Assembly (NCBI RefSeq): GCF_004010195.1
Contig: NC_057759.1
Coordinates: 8,013,929-8,077,928 of the forward strand
Direction: 5' to 3'
Length of the DNA stretch: 64,000 bases
DNA from: Chiloscyllium plagiosum
Lineage: Eukaryota
Shown: piece by piece, positions 13,949 to 25,674 of the stretch
How the letters are laid out: every line of letters begins with the position of its first letter
Position numbering within the stretch: the stretch's first letter is position 1
The notes under the pieces: model-generated
What the model saw: the letters and a program-made list of their open reading frames with translations, nothing else
What the model was told of the DNA's origin: nothing
Databases searched by the model: none
Position numbers and translations under genes: made by a program

Positions 13949-14168
13949 GATCAGAAGTCACATGACACTAGGTTAGAGCCCAACAGGTTTATTTGAAATC
14001 GCAAGCTTTCAGAGCATTGCCCCTTCATCAGGTGACATCTGGCCCCCTAATAAAGGGGGGCAACGCTCTGAAAGCTTGTGATTTTAAATAAACCTGTCGG
14101 ACTATAACCTGGTATTATGTGACTTCTGACCTTTTCCACCGCAGTCCAACATGGGCACCTTCACATTA
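13949..14168 (+). mobile_element. PLE-derived fold-back element (AGCT-hammerhead family)
   Basis: Inverted arms of about 80 bp; TSD TACTTAA(G/T)TATTA at 13936-13948 and 14169-14181. Confidence 0.8.
14000..14034 (-). ncRNA. Minimal hammerhead ribozyme motif (PLE type)
   Basis: Minus strand reads CAC-CTGATGA-A-GGGGC-AAT-GCTCT-GAAA-GCTT-GCG: intact core, helix II and palindromic AGCT helix III. Activity untested. Confidence 0.65.
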
Positions 14169-15730
14169 TACTTAATTATTAATAGAAGACTTTTGGGTTT
14201 CCTTTTTTGCTGGCTTTCGTGAGCATCATATATATGGGAATAGTTAATCAACCATGTCCAGTTTGAACCAGGACACCATCAGAACAACGTAGTACTCCCA
14301 TCATTAGTTTGTGGGATGTGGGTATACCTGTTTGCCCATGAGAATGTGGCGGTGAGCTGCCTTCTTGAACTGCTGCAGTCCATCTGATATAGAATTCATT
14401 GCAATCCCTTTTAGTCTGACACCACATAACAATACCTCTTACTTCTTACTCTTGGCCCACTACCTCTGCAATCTCTCGTACACCATGTTTTTCATTGTTA
14501 TCACTACGTTTTGGTTCCCATCCCTCTGCTAAAGTTGGTTTGTACCTCCCTGAAAGCAATAGCTGCTGTGATTTTGTTTGTGCTTAAGAAAGATAACTAT
14601 TAATATTCGATTCAGAGATGTGAATTGAAATCAAAGGGTGTGATTCATTAAACATTTCTTGATACTACAGTACAGATCATGAACAGAGTATTGAGAAATT
14701 ATTTTCTGAGGATTGTTCTTTTATGTGTGAACATATTCATGAAATACAACACAGATCTGCATCCCTAAAGGGAAAATATGTATTATTATTATTATAGTGG
14801 AACCTTTAAATGAGACTAAAACTTGGAAGTGAATAGGACTTTAAGTGATAGATCAAAATGAAGGGAAATATATATATATGTCAAAGTTTCTGACGTGCAT
14901 GCCTTTTTTCCCCTTTGCTCCTTGTCTAGTCTTAGAGCACTTGATTGCAATAACATTGTTTGTGTGCTTTAGCTATTCGCTCCCCCCCCCCATCAAACAA
15001 TAATTGAACCTCTTTTTGTTAATGATCACCATCCCACCAACATCCTGTTTGCCAGCTTGTTTCCAACATCTCATCACCTAGCGCACATTACAATCTCTTT
15101 CTTCCTTTCCCTCTTCCATTTCTGAAGGCACATTCACTCCAAAAAGCTATTTCCTTTTTGTGCCTGTTTTTCCCTTGTCCATATCAAACTTTCTGTTTGC
15201 CTCCTCCATTGCCCAAGGCTCCAACCACTCCCTTCACAAGAACACAACATTTTCTACAATACAATGCTCTTTTTTTTTTTAGTACAGTCACCTCTTCATT
15301 GACCAGTCTTCTTTTTTAGCTGAATTTTGAGTAGCTCATGGGATCAACTCCACGTATTGTTGTAACTCTGACACACATTTGGCCATTTGTCTGAACCACT
15401 CTGTGACCCCTAATTGTAGAGTTAGGTATTTTAAATTATAATTTGTTGTCTTCCCTCTTTGCTATGCATCTTGCATCTCAATTGCTTTCATTTGGGAGGT
15501 TTTTTTTTTCCCCTGATTTAGTTTCTCTAATGCCTCATATTGCCTAGTTCAGCTCCACTTTTATGCCAAATGCCTTTTCAGTGATTCTTCAGAATTTGTG
15601 CAGGATGGTTTATAGATTTTTTAAAGTGCCTACCCAAGGATGATTGAGCTCATTAAGTGGCCTTTTGAGGTTAATAGTGATCTGACTTGAACCAGATGGG
15701 TGTTCCATTCTGGAAAAGTAACATACTTTG

Positions 15731-16590
15731 TTGTGGTTCTGTTCGCCGAGCTGGAAGTTTTTGTTGCAAACGTTTCTCCCCTGGCTAGGCGACATCATCA
15801 GTGCTTGGGAGCCTCCTGCGAAGCGCTTCTTTGATGTTTCCTCCGGTGTTTATAGTGGTCTGTCCCTGCCGCTTCCGGTTGTCAGTTTCAGCTGTCCGCT
15901 GTAGTGGTTGGTATATTGGGTCCAGGTCGATGTGTTTGTTGGATGAATGCCATGCCTCTAGGAATTCCCTGGCTGTTCTCTGTCTGGCTTGCCCTATGAT
16001 AGTAGTGTTGTCCCAGTCGAATTCATGTTGCTTGTTGTCTGCGTGTGTGGCTACTAAGGATAGCTGGTCGTGTCGTTTCGTGGCTAGTTGATGTGTTATG
16101 AGTCCTCGGGGTCGCAGTAGTCTGGCTGTCAGTTCTGAGATGCTCCTGATGTATGGTTGATATCTGCAAGTAGTTGTGCTTTTTGGATGTAATCAGATTT
16201 ATCTAGGATGACCGTCATTCTGCCTTTATCTGCTGGTAGTATGATGAATTCGTCTGGGACAACACTACTATCATAGGGCAAGCCAGACAGAGAACAGCCA
16301 GGGAATTCCTAGAGGCATGGCATTCATCCACAAACTCCATCAACAAACACATCGACCTGGTCCCAATATACCAACCTCTACAGCGGACAGCTGAAACTGA
16401 CAACCGGAAGCGGCAGAGACAGACCACTATAAACACCGGAGGAAACATCAAAGAAGCGCTTCGCAGGAGGCTCCCAAGCACTGATGATGCCGCCTAGCCA
16501 GGGGACGAAACGTTTGCAACAAAAACTTCCAGCTCGGCGAACAGAACCACAACAACGAGCACCCGAGCTACAAATCTTCGCACAAACTTT
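15731..16590. mobile_element. Internally deleted Penelope-like element with about 300-bp inverted arms
   Basis: Perfect 12-bp TSD TAACATACTTTG (15719-15730 and 16591-16602). Minus-strand peptides IILPADKGRMTVILDKSDY, PYIRSISELTARLLRP and HEFDWDNTTIIGQA..REFLEAWHS (PLE RT and GIY-YIG C-terminus). Confidence 0.88.
16478..16517 (+). ncRNA. Minimal hammerhead ribozyme motif in a PLE terminal repeat (mirror copy at 15766-15804, minus strand)
   Basis: GCA-CTGATGA-T-GCCGCC-TAGCCA-GGGGAC-GAAA-CGTT-TGC: helix I GCA/TGC and ACGT palindrome; helix II has two mismatches. Confidence 0.6.
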
Positions 16591-16667
16591 TAACATACTT
16601 TGCTCACCAAGTTCAATTTAGGAATCTAGAGAAAGCAATATACAGTATTGACTGGTGTAATATTGAG

Positions 16668-18532
16668 GTTAGAGACAAAAGAACTTCAGCTGCTGGAATC
16701 CAAAATAGACAGACAGGAGGCTGGAAGGACACAGCAAGCCAGACAGCATGGAGATGGAAAAGTCGATGTTCTGGGTGTAACACTTCTTCAGGACATATTC
16801 ACTATTCCCCCCACCCCCCGACCCCGTCCAAAGGGCTCACATTCATACCCCTCCACCTCCACCTCAACAAATTCCAGATCCACCACAATGTGGAGCTGTT
16901 CTTCTGCCACCTCTGCCTCCGTGTCTTCTTTGACAAAAATTCCTAACCTCTCTCCGAAGACCCCTTTTCCCACTTCCCGCTCCTCTACTTGGTTACCCCA
17001 CCCGCCCTAGACCTGTTCATTGCAGACTGCCATTATGACATTGGCCATCTCAATTTCTCCACCGCCCCACCGATTCTAACCTCAACCCCTCCGAACATGC
17101 AGCACTCCACTCATTCTGCAACAACTCCCGCTTCACCCATCAAACTCGCTGACAAAGGCGAGTGTTAGTCTGGACAATAGACTTCTATGTTGCAGAGGCC
17201 GAACGCCACCTCTCCGACACCATGTCCTACCTCCCCATTGACCACAACCCCACTGTAACTCATCAGGCCAAAATCATCTGCACTGCTCATGCCCTCATTG
17301 CCTCCCTCTTCTGCCTCCAAACTCATAGTCCCCACCCCCACACCGGCCGGTTCTACCTGCTCCCCAAGACCCACAAGCCCAATTACCCTGGCCGACCCAT
17401 CATCTCGGCATACTCCTGCCCCACCAAACTCATCTCGTCCTATCCCGACTCTATCCTCTTCCCCTTAGTTCAGGCATTTCCCATTCGTGACACCAACCAC
17501 ACTGTCCACCTCTTCAGCAACTTCCAGTTCCCCGGACCTCAGCACTTTACTTTCGCGATGGACGTGCAGTCCTTGTACACATCCATACTCCACAGGGATG
17601 GACTCCAGACCCTCTGCTTCTTCCTCTCCAACATTCCCTTCCAGTCCCACTCCACCAACACCCCCCTCCGCCTCCCCGAACTGGTCCTCACGCTCAACAA
17701 CTTTTAACTCCTCCTATTTCCTCCAAATCAAGGGGTAGCCATGATGGATGGACCCCAGCTATGCTTGCCTCTTTTTAGGGTATATCAAACAGTCCCTCTT
17801 CAGTACCAACACAGGCACTGTGCTCCAACTCTTCCACCATTACATCGATGACTGCATCGGTGCAGTGTCCTGCACCCAGACTGAACTGGAGAAGTTCATC
17901 AACTTCCACTCCACCCTCAAATTCACCTGGGCCATCTTGGGCACCTCCCTCTCCTTTCTGGACCTCACCATCTCCATCTCCGTCGACAGTCTCCAGATCA
18001 ACATTTACTACAAGTCCACAGACTCCCATAACTACCTCCACTACACCTCCCACCCAGTATCCTGCCAGAACTCTATACCATTCTCACAATTCTTCCACCT
18101 CCGCTGCATCTGCTCAGACAAGGAGACATTCTGATCTCAAGCATCCCAAATGTCCCCCTATTCCGAACAACATGCTTTTCCTCCCTCTGTCACCCAGACA
18201 GCCCTCTGCCGCACTACCTCCAATCCCGTTCCACCTGCCTCTCCTCCAATCTAGTTTACTGCATCAGTTGCTCCCAATGTGGTCTACTCTACATCAGGGA
18301 CACTTGGCGTAAAGTTAGGGAACAGTTCACCGAGCATCACAGCTGGGCCCACAATGACCTCCCAGTGACCGCCCATTTTAATTCCCCCAACTACTCCCTT
18401 TCCAACATGACCATCCTTGGCCTCCTCCATTGCCACAAAGTCCTGAAGAAGGGTTCCACCTGAAATGTCAGCATCTCCACCCCCTAATGCTGCCTGGCTT
18501 GCTTTATTCTTCCAGCCTCCTGCCTATTTATA
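16668..18532 (+). mobile_element. Penelope-like retroelement, decayed RT plus GIY-YIG ORF with inverted terminal repeats
   Basis: RFYLLPKTHKPNYPGRPIIS, MDVQSLYTSI, YIDDC, VYCISCSQCG..YI; inverted repeats at about 16705-16794 and 18440-18530; TSD GTGTAATA(T/A)TGAG at 16655-16667 and 18533-18545. Confidence 0.92.
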
Positions 18533-18935
18533 GTGTAATAATGAGAGCCACTTAATAGCAGACAAAGCTAAAACTTTAACCAAAGTAAGGACAGAAAGAG
18601 AAACAGGTGAGTCAGATGATTGCATTATACATATTGTTTGTGTTTTTAAATTAGTTACTGAAATAGTTCCGTACTGTTTGGTTCAATTTTACTAAACCCT
18701 GTCTGCACGTCACCTGAAACCTGTTCTTATCTGAAACCTCTTCTTGATCTTGACTTGCCATGTGACCATCACCAGTGCTAAATTAAGTACCTTACATTAT
18801 TTTTATACTGGATGACAATGCAAACTATGTTTGAAAAATGTAAAATGTATGTAATATTTTAGTCATTGTCTATCACACAATATAAAATCTAGAGGTATTG
18901 TTACAGATAAATATTGATTTTATTCCTGTTTACAG

Positions 18936-19173
18936 GAGCCCAGCAACGTCTCTTGTTGGTCACAGTATTCGCCCTTAGTGTGCGTTACCAGCCAGTGGAT
19001 GTGTCTTTGGCAATCTCTAGTGGTTTATTGAATGTACTATCCCAGTTGTGTGGTACTGACACTATGCTGGGGCAGCCACTGCAATTGATACAAAAACCAG
19101 GTGTTTCACAGCTGAGCACAGCTTTGAAGGTTGCCAGCACTAGATTGCTTCAGATACTTGCCATCACCACAGG
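18936..19173 (+). CDS. HERC1: HERC1 exon 3, 238 nt, AQQRLLLVTVFALSV...LLQILAITTG
   Basis: tttacag|GA ... ACAGG|gtaagc; phase 1-2. Confidence 0.96.
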
Positions 19174-19249
19174 GTAAGCAAAAGTTTAAGTTTTCTGTCA
19201 CATGAGTAATGATTGTATTGATCAATGCAAATGAGAACTAAAATGCTAT

Positions 19250-20320
19250 CAATTGGCTTGCTTTTCAAATTAATTAAAACCACGACATTCCTAATGAAAT
19301 TCTCACATTTTGTGAAAAAAAAGACAGAGGAACAAGCACAAGAATAGGCATTCAGCTCTCCAATCCTGTGGTGACACATTTTGCCCTTCCTTACTAAAGC
19401 TGTCTTCATTTACAGGATCCTTCTACTCCCTATTCATGAATTTGTCCAGGTGCTTCTTTAACGCTGCTGCTGTGGCCGCTCCCTGCCTCTGGCAGCAAGG
19501 ACCAGGCACTCACCATCTTTTGTGTGAAAAACATGTCTCGCACATCTCTGTTAACTCTCACACTCCCCTCATCCCACCAACCCTATCTTGAACCTGTGTC
19601 CCCTAGTAACTGACTGCTCCACCCTGGGGAAAAACCCCACACTTCCTATTCAATCCATGCCATTGAAAAACTTATAAACTTATATTGGTACACCTCTCAA
19701 CCTCCTGCGTTCCAGTGAAAACAAACCAGTTTATCCCAACTTTCTTCATAGCTAAAATCCCCCATACCAGACACATTTTGGTAAATATTTTCTGTACCCC
19801 GTCGAAAGCAACCCTATCACACTGGTAATATGATGACCAGAACGGTATGCAATATTACAAGTGTGGCGTTACTAAAGTTCTGTAAAGCTGCAGCATAAAC
19901 TACCTATTTTTACACTCCGTGCCCCTTCCAATGAAGGCAAGCATGCCATAAGTTTTATTTACTGTCATATCTACCAGCACTGCCACCTTCAGTGATCTGT
20001 GGATCTGCAGAGCCAAAGCCAACTGCATATCAATACCCTGAAGGGTTCTGCCATTCATTGTGTAATTTCCATTTGTATTTGATCTTTCAAAATGCATCAC
20101 CTCACATTTGGCTCCAACTGATCTATATCCTGCTGTATCCTCTGACTGTTGTCTTCACTATCCACAATTCCACCAATGTTTCTATAATTCCGCAAACTGA
20201 CAAATTAAATCAGATATGTTTTCCTCCAAATTGTTATGACCACAAACAGCAGAGGTCCCAGCACTGATCCCTGTGGAACACCACGAGTCACAACTCACCA
20301 TTCAGAAAAGCATCTTGCTT
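19250..20320 (-). mobile_element. Decayed CR1 LINE 3' part
   Basis: HRSLKVAVLVD...YGMLAFIGRG on the minus strand; GVPQGSVLGP equivalent near 20250-20285. Confidence 0.8.
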
Positions 20321-21240
20321 CCCTCTCCCCTCCTCCACACGCGGGTCCTCGTTCCCTCTCCCCTCCTCCACACGCGGGTCCTCGTTCCCCACTCCCCTCC
20401 TCGGCGCGCGGGCCCTCGTTCCCCACTCCCCTCCTCGGCGCGCGGGCCCTCGTTCCCCACTCCCCTCCTCGGCGCGCGGGCCCTCGTTCCCCACTCCCCT
20501 CCTCGGCGCGCGGGCCCTCGTTCCCCACTCCCCTCCTCGGCGCGCGGGCCCTCGTTCCCCACTCCCCTCCTCGGCGCGCGGGCCCTCGTTCCCCACTCCC
20601 CTCCTCGGCGCGCGGGCCCTCGTTCCCCACTCCCCTCCTCGGCGCGCGGGCCCTCGTTCCCCACTCCCCTCCTCGGCGCGCGGGCCCTCGTTCCCCACTC
20701 CCCTCCTCGGCGCGCGGGCCCTCGTTCCCCACTCCCCTCCTCGGCGCGCGGGCCCTCGTTCCCCACTCCCCTCCTCGGCGCGCGGGCCCTCGTTCCCCAC
20801 TCCCCTCCTCGGCGCGCGGGCCCTCGTTCCCCACTCCCCTCCTCGGCGCGCGGGCCCTCGTTCCCCACTCCCCTCCTCGGCGCGCGGGCCCTCGTTCCCC
20901 ACTCCCCTCCTCGGCGCGCGGGCCCTCGTTCCCCACTCCCCTCCTCGGCGCGCGGGCCCTCGTTCCCCACTCCCCTCCTCGGCGCGCGGGCCCTCGTTCC
21001 CCTCTCCCCTCCTCGTTGCGTGGGTCCTCGTTCCCTCTCCCCTCCTCGGCGCGCGGGCCCTCGTTCCCCACTCCCCTCCTCGGCGCGCGGGCCCTCGTTC
21101 CCCACTCCCCTCCTCGGCGCGCGGGCCCTCGTTCCCCACTCCCCTCCTCGGCGCGCGGGCCCTCGTTCCCCACTCCCCTCCTCGGCGCGCGGGCTCTCGT
21201 TCCCTCCCCCCACGTCCTCTGTGCGCGGGCCCTAGTCCCC
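20320..21240. repeat. GC/CpG-rich minisatellite, 34-bp unit TCGGCGCGCGGGCCCTCGTTCCCCACTCCCCTCC, roughly 25-27 copies
   Basis: Period read directly (unit starts at 20401 and 20435); most units identical, edges degenerate. Confidence 0.97.
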
Positions 21241-21639
21241 TCTCCCTCCTCTGCATGTGGGTCATCGTTCCCTCTCACGGTCAGCGTGCAGGCCCGCGTT
21301 CTCTCTCCCCTCTCCCCTCCTCCGCGCGCAGGCTCCCATTCCCTCCTCAGCACGCGAGCCCTCGTTCCCTCTCCCCTCCTCAGCGCGTGGGTCCATGCTC
21401 CCTCTCTCTGCCTCTCCATCGTGCTCATGTTGTCAGCCCACCTACTCCCCCAACCCCCCCCTCCCCCAACCGTAACTTCGTCCCCATCGCCCGACCCCTC
21501 TGCCCTGCATGTACCGTTGGTCCCCAACCCTCCTTCGTGCTCTCTCTCCATTGTGCACTGGCCTTCTGTCCCCCTCCATTCCACCCCACCATGCACATGC
21601 CCCTCAGTCCCTACTCACTCCCGACTCCGCTGCACACGT

Positions 21640-22270
21640 TCCCACACTCCCCCTCCCTCTGGCGCATACCCATTATTTATTCCTTTCATTCCCTTCCGCC
21701 ATGCATGCCTTCCCTTGCTCCCATTCCGTTCCTTCGTTACCTCTCCCTCTGACACATGCTCCTGCCGCTCCATCACCATCCTTCCCTCTCGCGCATGCCT
21801 GCTTTGTGTGCCATGCTCTGGTGCATGCTTCCTTCTTCTTCCTCTCTCTGGCGCATGCCCCCTCCCTTTGCCACTCTCTGGTGCGTGACCCCTCTCTCTG
21901 CCTCTCTCTGGCACATGCCTGCTTCCTCTACCACTTTCTGGCACATGCCTGCTCCCTGTGCATCTCTGGCAGTGTGCCTACCCCCTCTGCCTCTCTAGCG
22001 GTATGCCCACTCCCTCTGCCACTTTCTAGTATGTGCCTACTCCCTGTACGTCTCTCTGGTAGTGTGCCAGCTCCCTGTGCGTCTCTCTGGCAGTGTGCCC
22101 ACTCCCTGTGCGTCTCTCTGGCGATGTGCCCGCTCCCTCTGCCTCTCTTTGGCACGCGCCCCCTCCCTCTGCCATGTGACCGCTGCCTCTGCGTCTCTCT
22201 GGCACATGCCTGCTCCCTCTCCCTCCCTGTCTGACCCCCTTCCCCTTGCCCACGCTCTCATGTGCACTTG
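21640..22270. repeat. Degenerate pyrimidine-rich tandem repeat, about 28-30 bp unit (CTCTCTGGCA.TGTGCC..CTCCCT.TGC)
   Basis: Recurring CTCTCTGGC motif at near-regular spacing. Confidence 0.8.
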
Positions 22271-22619
22271 CGCACTGTCCTGTGCTCTTGCCTATCCTGT
22301 CTTTTGTGCGTGTTCATGTTCCCTCTCTCTCACGCTAAGCTCTTCCCTCATCTTCACCCGCACCCAACTCTTCCATTTTTCGACGCTACCAGTCCTGTTG
22401 CGTTTCACCAGCGATTTCTGTTTTTCCCACATGCCCTAATCAAATCAGTCTGTTGTATCAAACTCTGAAAATTCAGCTCTGAATGTGTATTAAATTCAGT
22501 GTTCTGATAGCATGCAAATTATTGCATTGAACAGTGCTGTTACCAATTTAAAACCACAATATCATCTTCAACATTTCAGATATAGATACTTTTATGTGTA
22601 CTTTATTCTTGTTCCATAG

Positions 22620-22792
22620 AACCTATGCAGACAAGCTAAGTCCTAAGGTGGTTCAGTCTCTCTTAGACCTGCTCTGCAGTCAGCTGAAAAACCTACTCTC
22701 TCAGGCTGGAGTGCGCCTGACTCCTTTGCATGGGGACGGAAAAAACAGATCAGATGAGATTGGTGAGACTGAAGATACCAAAGATTTGAAAG
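22620..22792 (+). CDS. HERC1: HERC1 exon 4, 173 nt, TYADKLSPKVVQSLLDLLCSQLKN...KDLK
   Basis: ttccatag|A ... AAAG|gtattg; phase 2-1. Confidence 0.93.
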
Positions 22793-23700
22793 GTATTGGG
22801 ACAATATTTGCAAAAGATTGTTCTACGTTGTGTTTTAAAGTTGAGGATGTGTTTGTAGCTGCAGGATTTGCACCTGTGGTTAAAGTGTGAGAAACTCCAA
22901 AAGAAAGGTTTGTGGTGTGCAGCACTTCATCACTGGAATTGAATGTAATCTTATTTTGTGATTTTGTTTTTTCTCTCTACTCCAGTGGGGCTTTCAGACA
23001 CTGTCCTTAAATTAATTAAATTCTTGATTTTCACCATGTCAGCTACCTCTCTTATATTTATTTAGGATCATATCAGGAGTTGGTAAAACTCCCAAGAATG
23101 CATGGTTAAAATTCCCACTTACAACGAAATGACTGTCAGACTACAGTCTGCCACCCACTTCTTTTCTGTAAATATCGGTTCTCAGGGGTTCTTGTTTGCT
23201 TGAGAGTAAACATAAAGAAAATTGCTGAGGTTCCTTGAAACCAGTGAAATATTCCAGATTCTTGAAACTAGTAAAATAGATTTGATTAATATTGTGGATT
23301 CTGGGTAAGTCTTGCACCTATAGTTTTGAATTTCTCTTCCTTTCAATTAAATCACAAATGAGTTGTGACTGTGTGATAACAATGTTTACAAATGTGGTAC
23401 AAATATTACAGATATGTTCTTATTCATTTTTAGCATTCAATTTTGTACATGTATAAGTTTAGGAGAATATTAATAGAAGTAACTAAATTAATTCATAAAA
23501 ATCAGAGCACAAGATATCTTTCGGTGTCTCAATGCCAAGGTTACTAGTAATCATGCAGTAGAGCTATTTACTGCTATCTTATTTCAGTGCCATTCCTCCA
23601 TATCAAATAAATCTGATTCCTATATCAGGAATGTTGCTCAGTCATTTCTTGATATTGTGTTATGTGATTGACATCTTCTTGCACTGTTTTTGTTCTACAG

Positions 23701-23856
23701 CTATTCTACGAAAACAACACACAGCAGATCTGCAGTTGGGAGATTTTCTTGTTTTTCTGCGGAGAGTTGTTTCCTCAAAAGCTATTCAGTCAAAAATGGC
23801 ATCACCTAAATGGACCGAAGTGCTACTTAACATTGCTGCACAAAAATATTTTTCTG
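23701..23856 (+). CDS. HERC1: HERC1 exon 5, 156 nt, ILRKQHTADLQLGDFLVFLRRVVSSK...QKYFS
   Basis: ttctacag|CT ... TCTG|gtatgg; phase 1-1. Confidence 0.95.
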
Positions 23857-25674
23857 GTATGGAACTTCTCCTGCAAAATTAATTAATCCTTAATGCGAAG
23901 TAGCTCCCATGGTATTGTATGTGGGCAATCTGTGGTCTGATAATGTGGTTGGAACATTTAGGAAATAGTCTAAAGTGTTCCCTATTCTCTAAGAATACAG
24001 GTAATTGTAGCTGCTTTATCAAATGATGCTTCATAAATGGCATATAAATTTCAATCTTCAGTTTGAATTCTTTAAGAAATGTCTTTTTTCAAGAAACTGT
24101 AAATTGGCTGATACCGAATTATGGGAGTATTATAAATACAATGTGCACAGTACTGTAGTGGGAACTGTCTCTCAGGTTAGAAAGTCTAATTGCCACAAAA
24201 TAAACACATGGACTCTGAATTTAATTACTATTTGTTCAGCGAACTTTAATATTGGAACTTCAGTTTCAGATTGGAGTACATAAGCATATCAAGCTAGTTC
24301 TGTAACTTGTCCCAAAACATCAGGAATGTCACACTGGGCGTATTGATATATATTGACATCTAGTGATTTGGCAAAATTTGTGTATATAAGTATCAGTGTC
24401 ACAAAACCATTTCCTGTTTCTCAAGAAAAATGTCTTGAATCATTATCATTGTATCATCAATTCTCATGAGTATATTTTTCAACGTCAGGCTGGGTTTTGA
24501 TTATAAATCCACATGCAGAGTAAGTGCAGATACAATGTATGAATAATGTTGCATTCAGGAAGATGGTAATGGCCACAAACTTGAAGCTATTTTAAGTTTT
24601 AAATATTTTTATTGTCAACCATTCTGCCACAGGGTGGTGATTTTTTTAAAGAAACTGACTTTATTCATATACTCTCGAAAAGAGTTTTGATTATTTTCTG
24701 AAAGCCAGTCATGGAGTCAGTCATACAGATCTACAGCTTTGAACAAGCTGATCAAATCTGCACTGGTCAAAAACAACCACCTAACGATCCTAATCCAAAT
24801 ATTCACCACCTGAATAATACCAGTAACTTTGAATAGCACACTTCATACAATAAATCATTCCAAGGTAATTTACAGAAGTGTCTTAAAATACCTCCAAACT
24901 GCATATGGAGTTATTAGGGCCCAGATGTTTGCCAGAATAGAGAGCCACTCAATGGGGGAAACTGGCGTGAAAGCACCGCCCCAAACTCAGCACTTCCCAT
25001 TTTCGCAGAGGTGGCTTTGGAAATGCATTAACAGAAGTAACTATCCATTTACATTTTCAGCTGTCTTTTAGGTAAAGTAGCTGAAGTGCAAATTAGACCA
25101 CGTAAGATCGGTTCTGAACTTTGGATTTGTTTGGGTAGCTAAGGTACCCTTTTGGAGAATAAGGTGTCCATTTAGATCTGTTCCCAAAACACCTTTGGGG
25201 AAGATGCCCTTTTGGAGAGGTAACATACTTTTGCTGAGGGGCCAAAGGCTCTTTAAGATTGTTAAAAGTTTTTGAGGATGTGCATTTCATGTGTATTAGT
25301 TACGGTTGTGGAGTTGCATAATGTTGCAGTCTGAGAGTTGAAATTGGGAATTGAACTTTGAACTGCTGCTTGTTTTAAAGGAGAAGAAAATAAAAGTAGA
25401 TTTTAAATGTTAGGAACTGGCCTGGGAAGTAATGCAACTTAATGGCTGATCTAAGAACACTGTAAAACAAAATCAGCACTGAGTGATTGTTATGCTTAGG
25501 GTTTGCAGCTGGTTAGATGCTGATTTAGTGTTAACCAGTTAGCCAGAGGAAATATTGATTCCAAAGAAAATAAAAGGAGAGAATTGAGTTTTGACAGGAG
25601 CAGAGTGATTTGGGGAGGTTTCTGGACTGGTTGCTCTGTTTTGCTCTGTCTAGTTTTCTCTGCAGTTGTCAAAT

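Noticed and set aside
20320..21240. CRISPR-like array (34-bp period)
   Set aside because: Units are head-to-tail with no unique spacers, there are no cas genes, and the context is a vertebrate intron.
20236..21888. Long ORFs (303-550 aa) on both strands
   Set aside because: They are by-products of a stop-free 34-bp GC-rich tandem repeat; the peptides are periodic and have no splice or domain support.
25090..25668. Further LTR-like segments (also about 32550-33170)
   Set aside because: The composition suggests old LTRs, but I could not define termini, TSDs or a partner copy.
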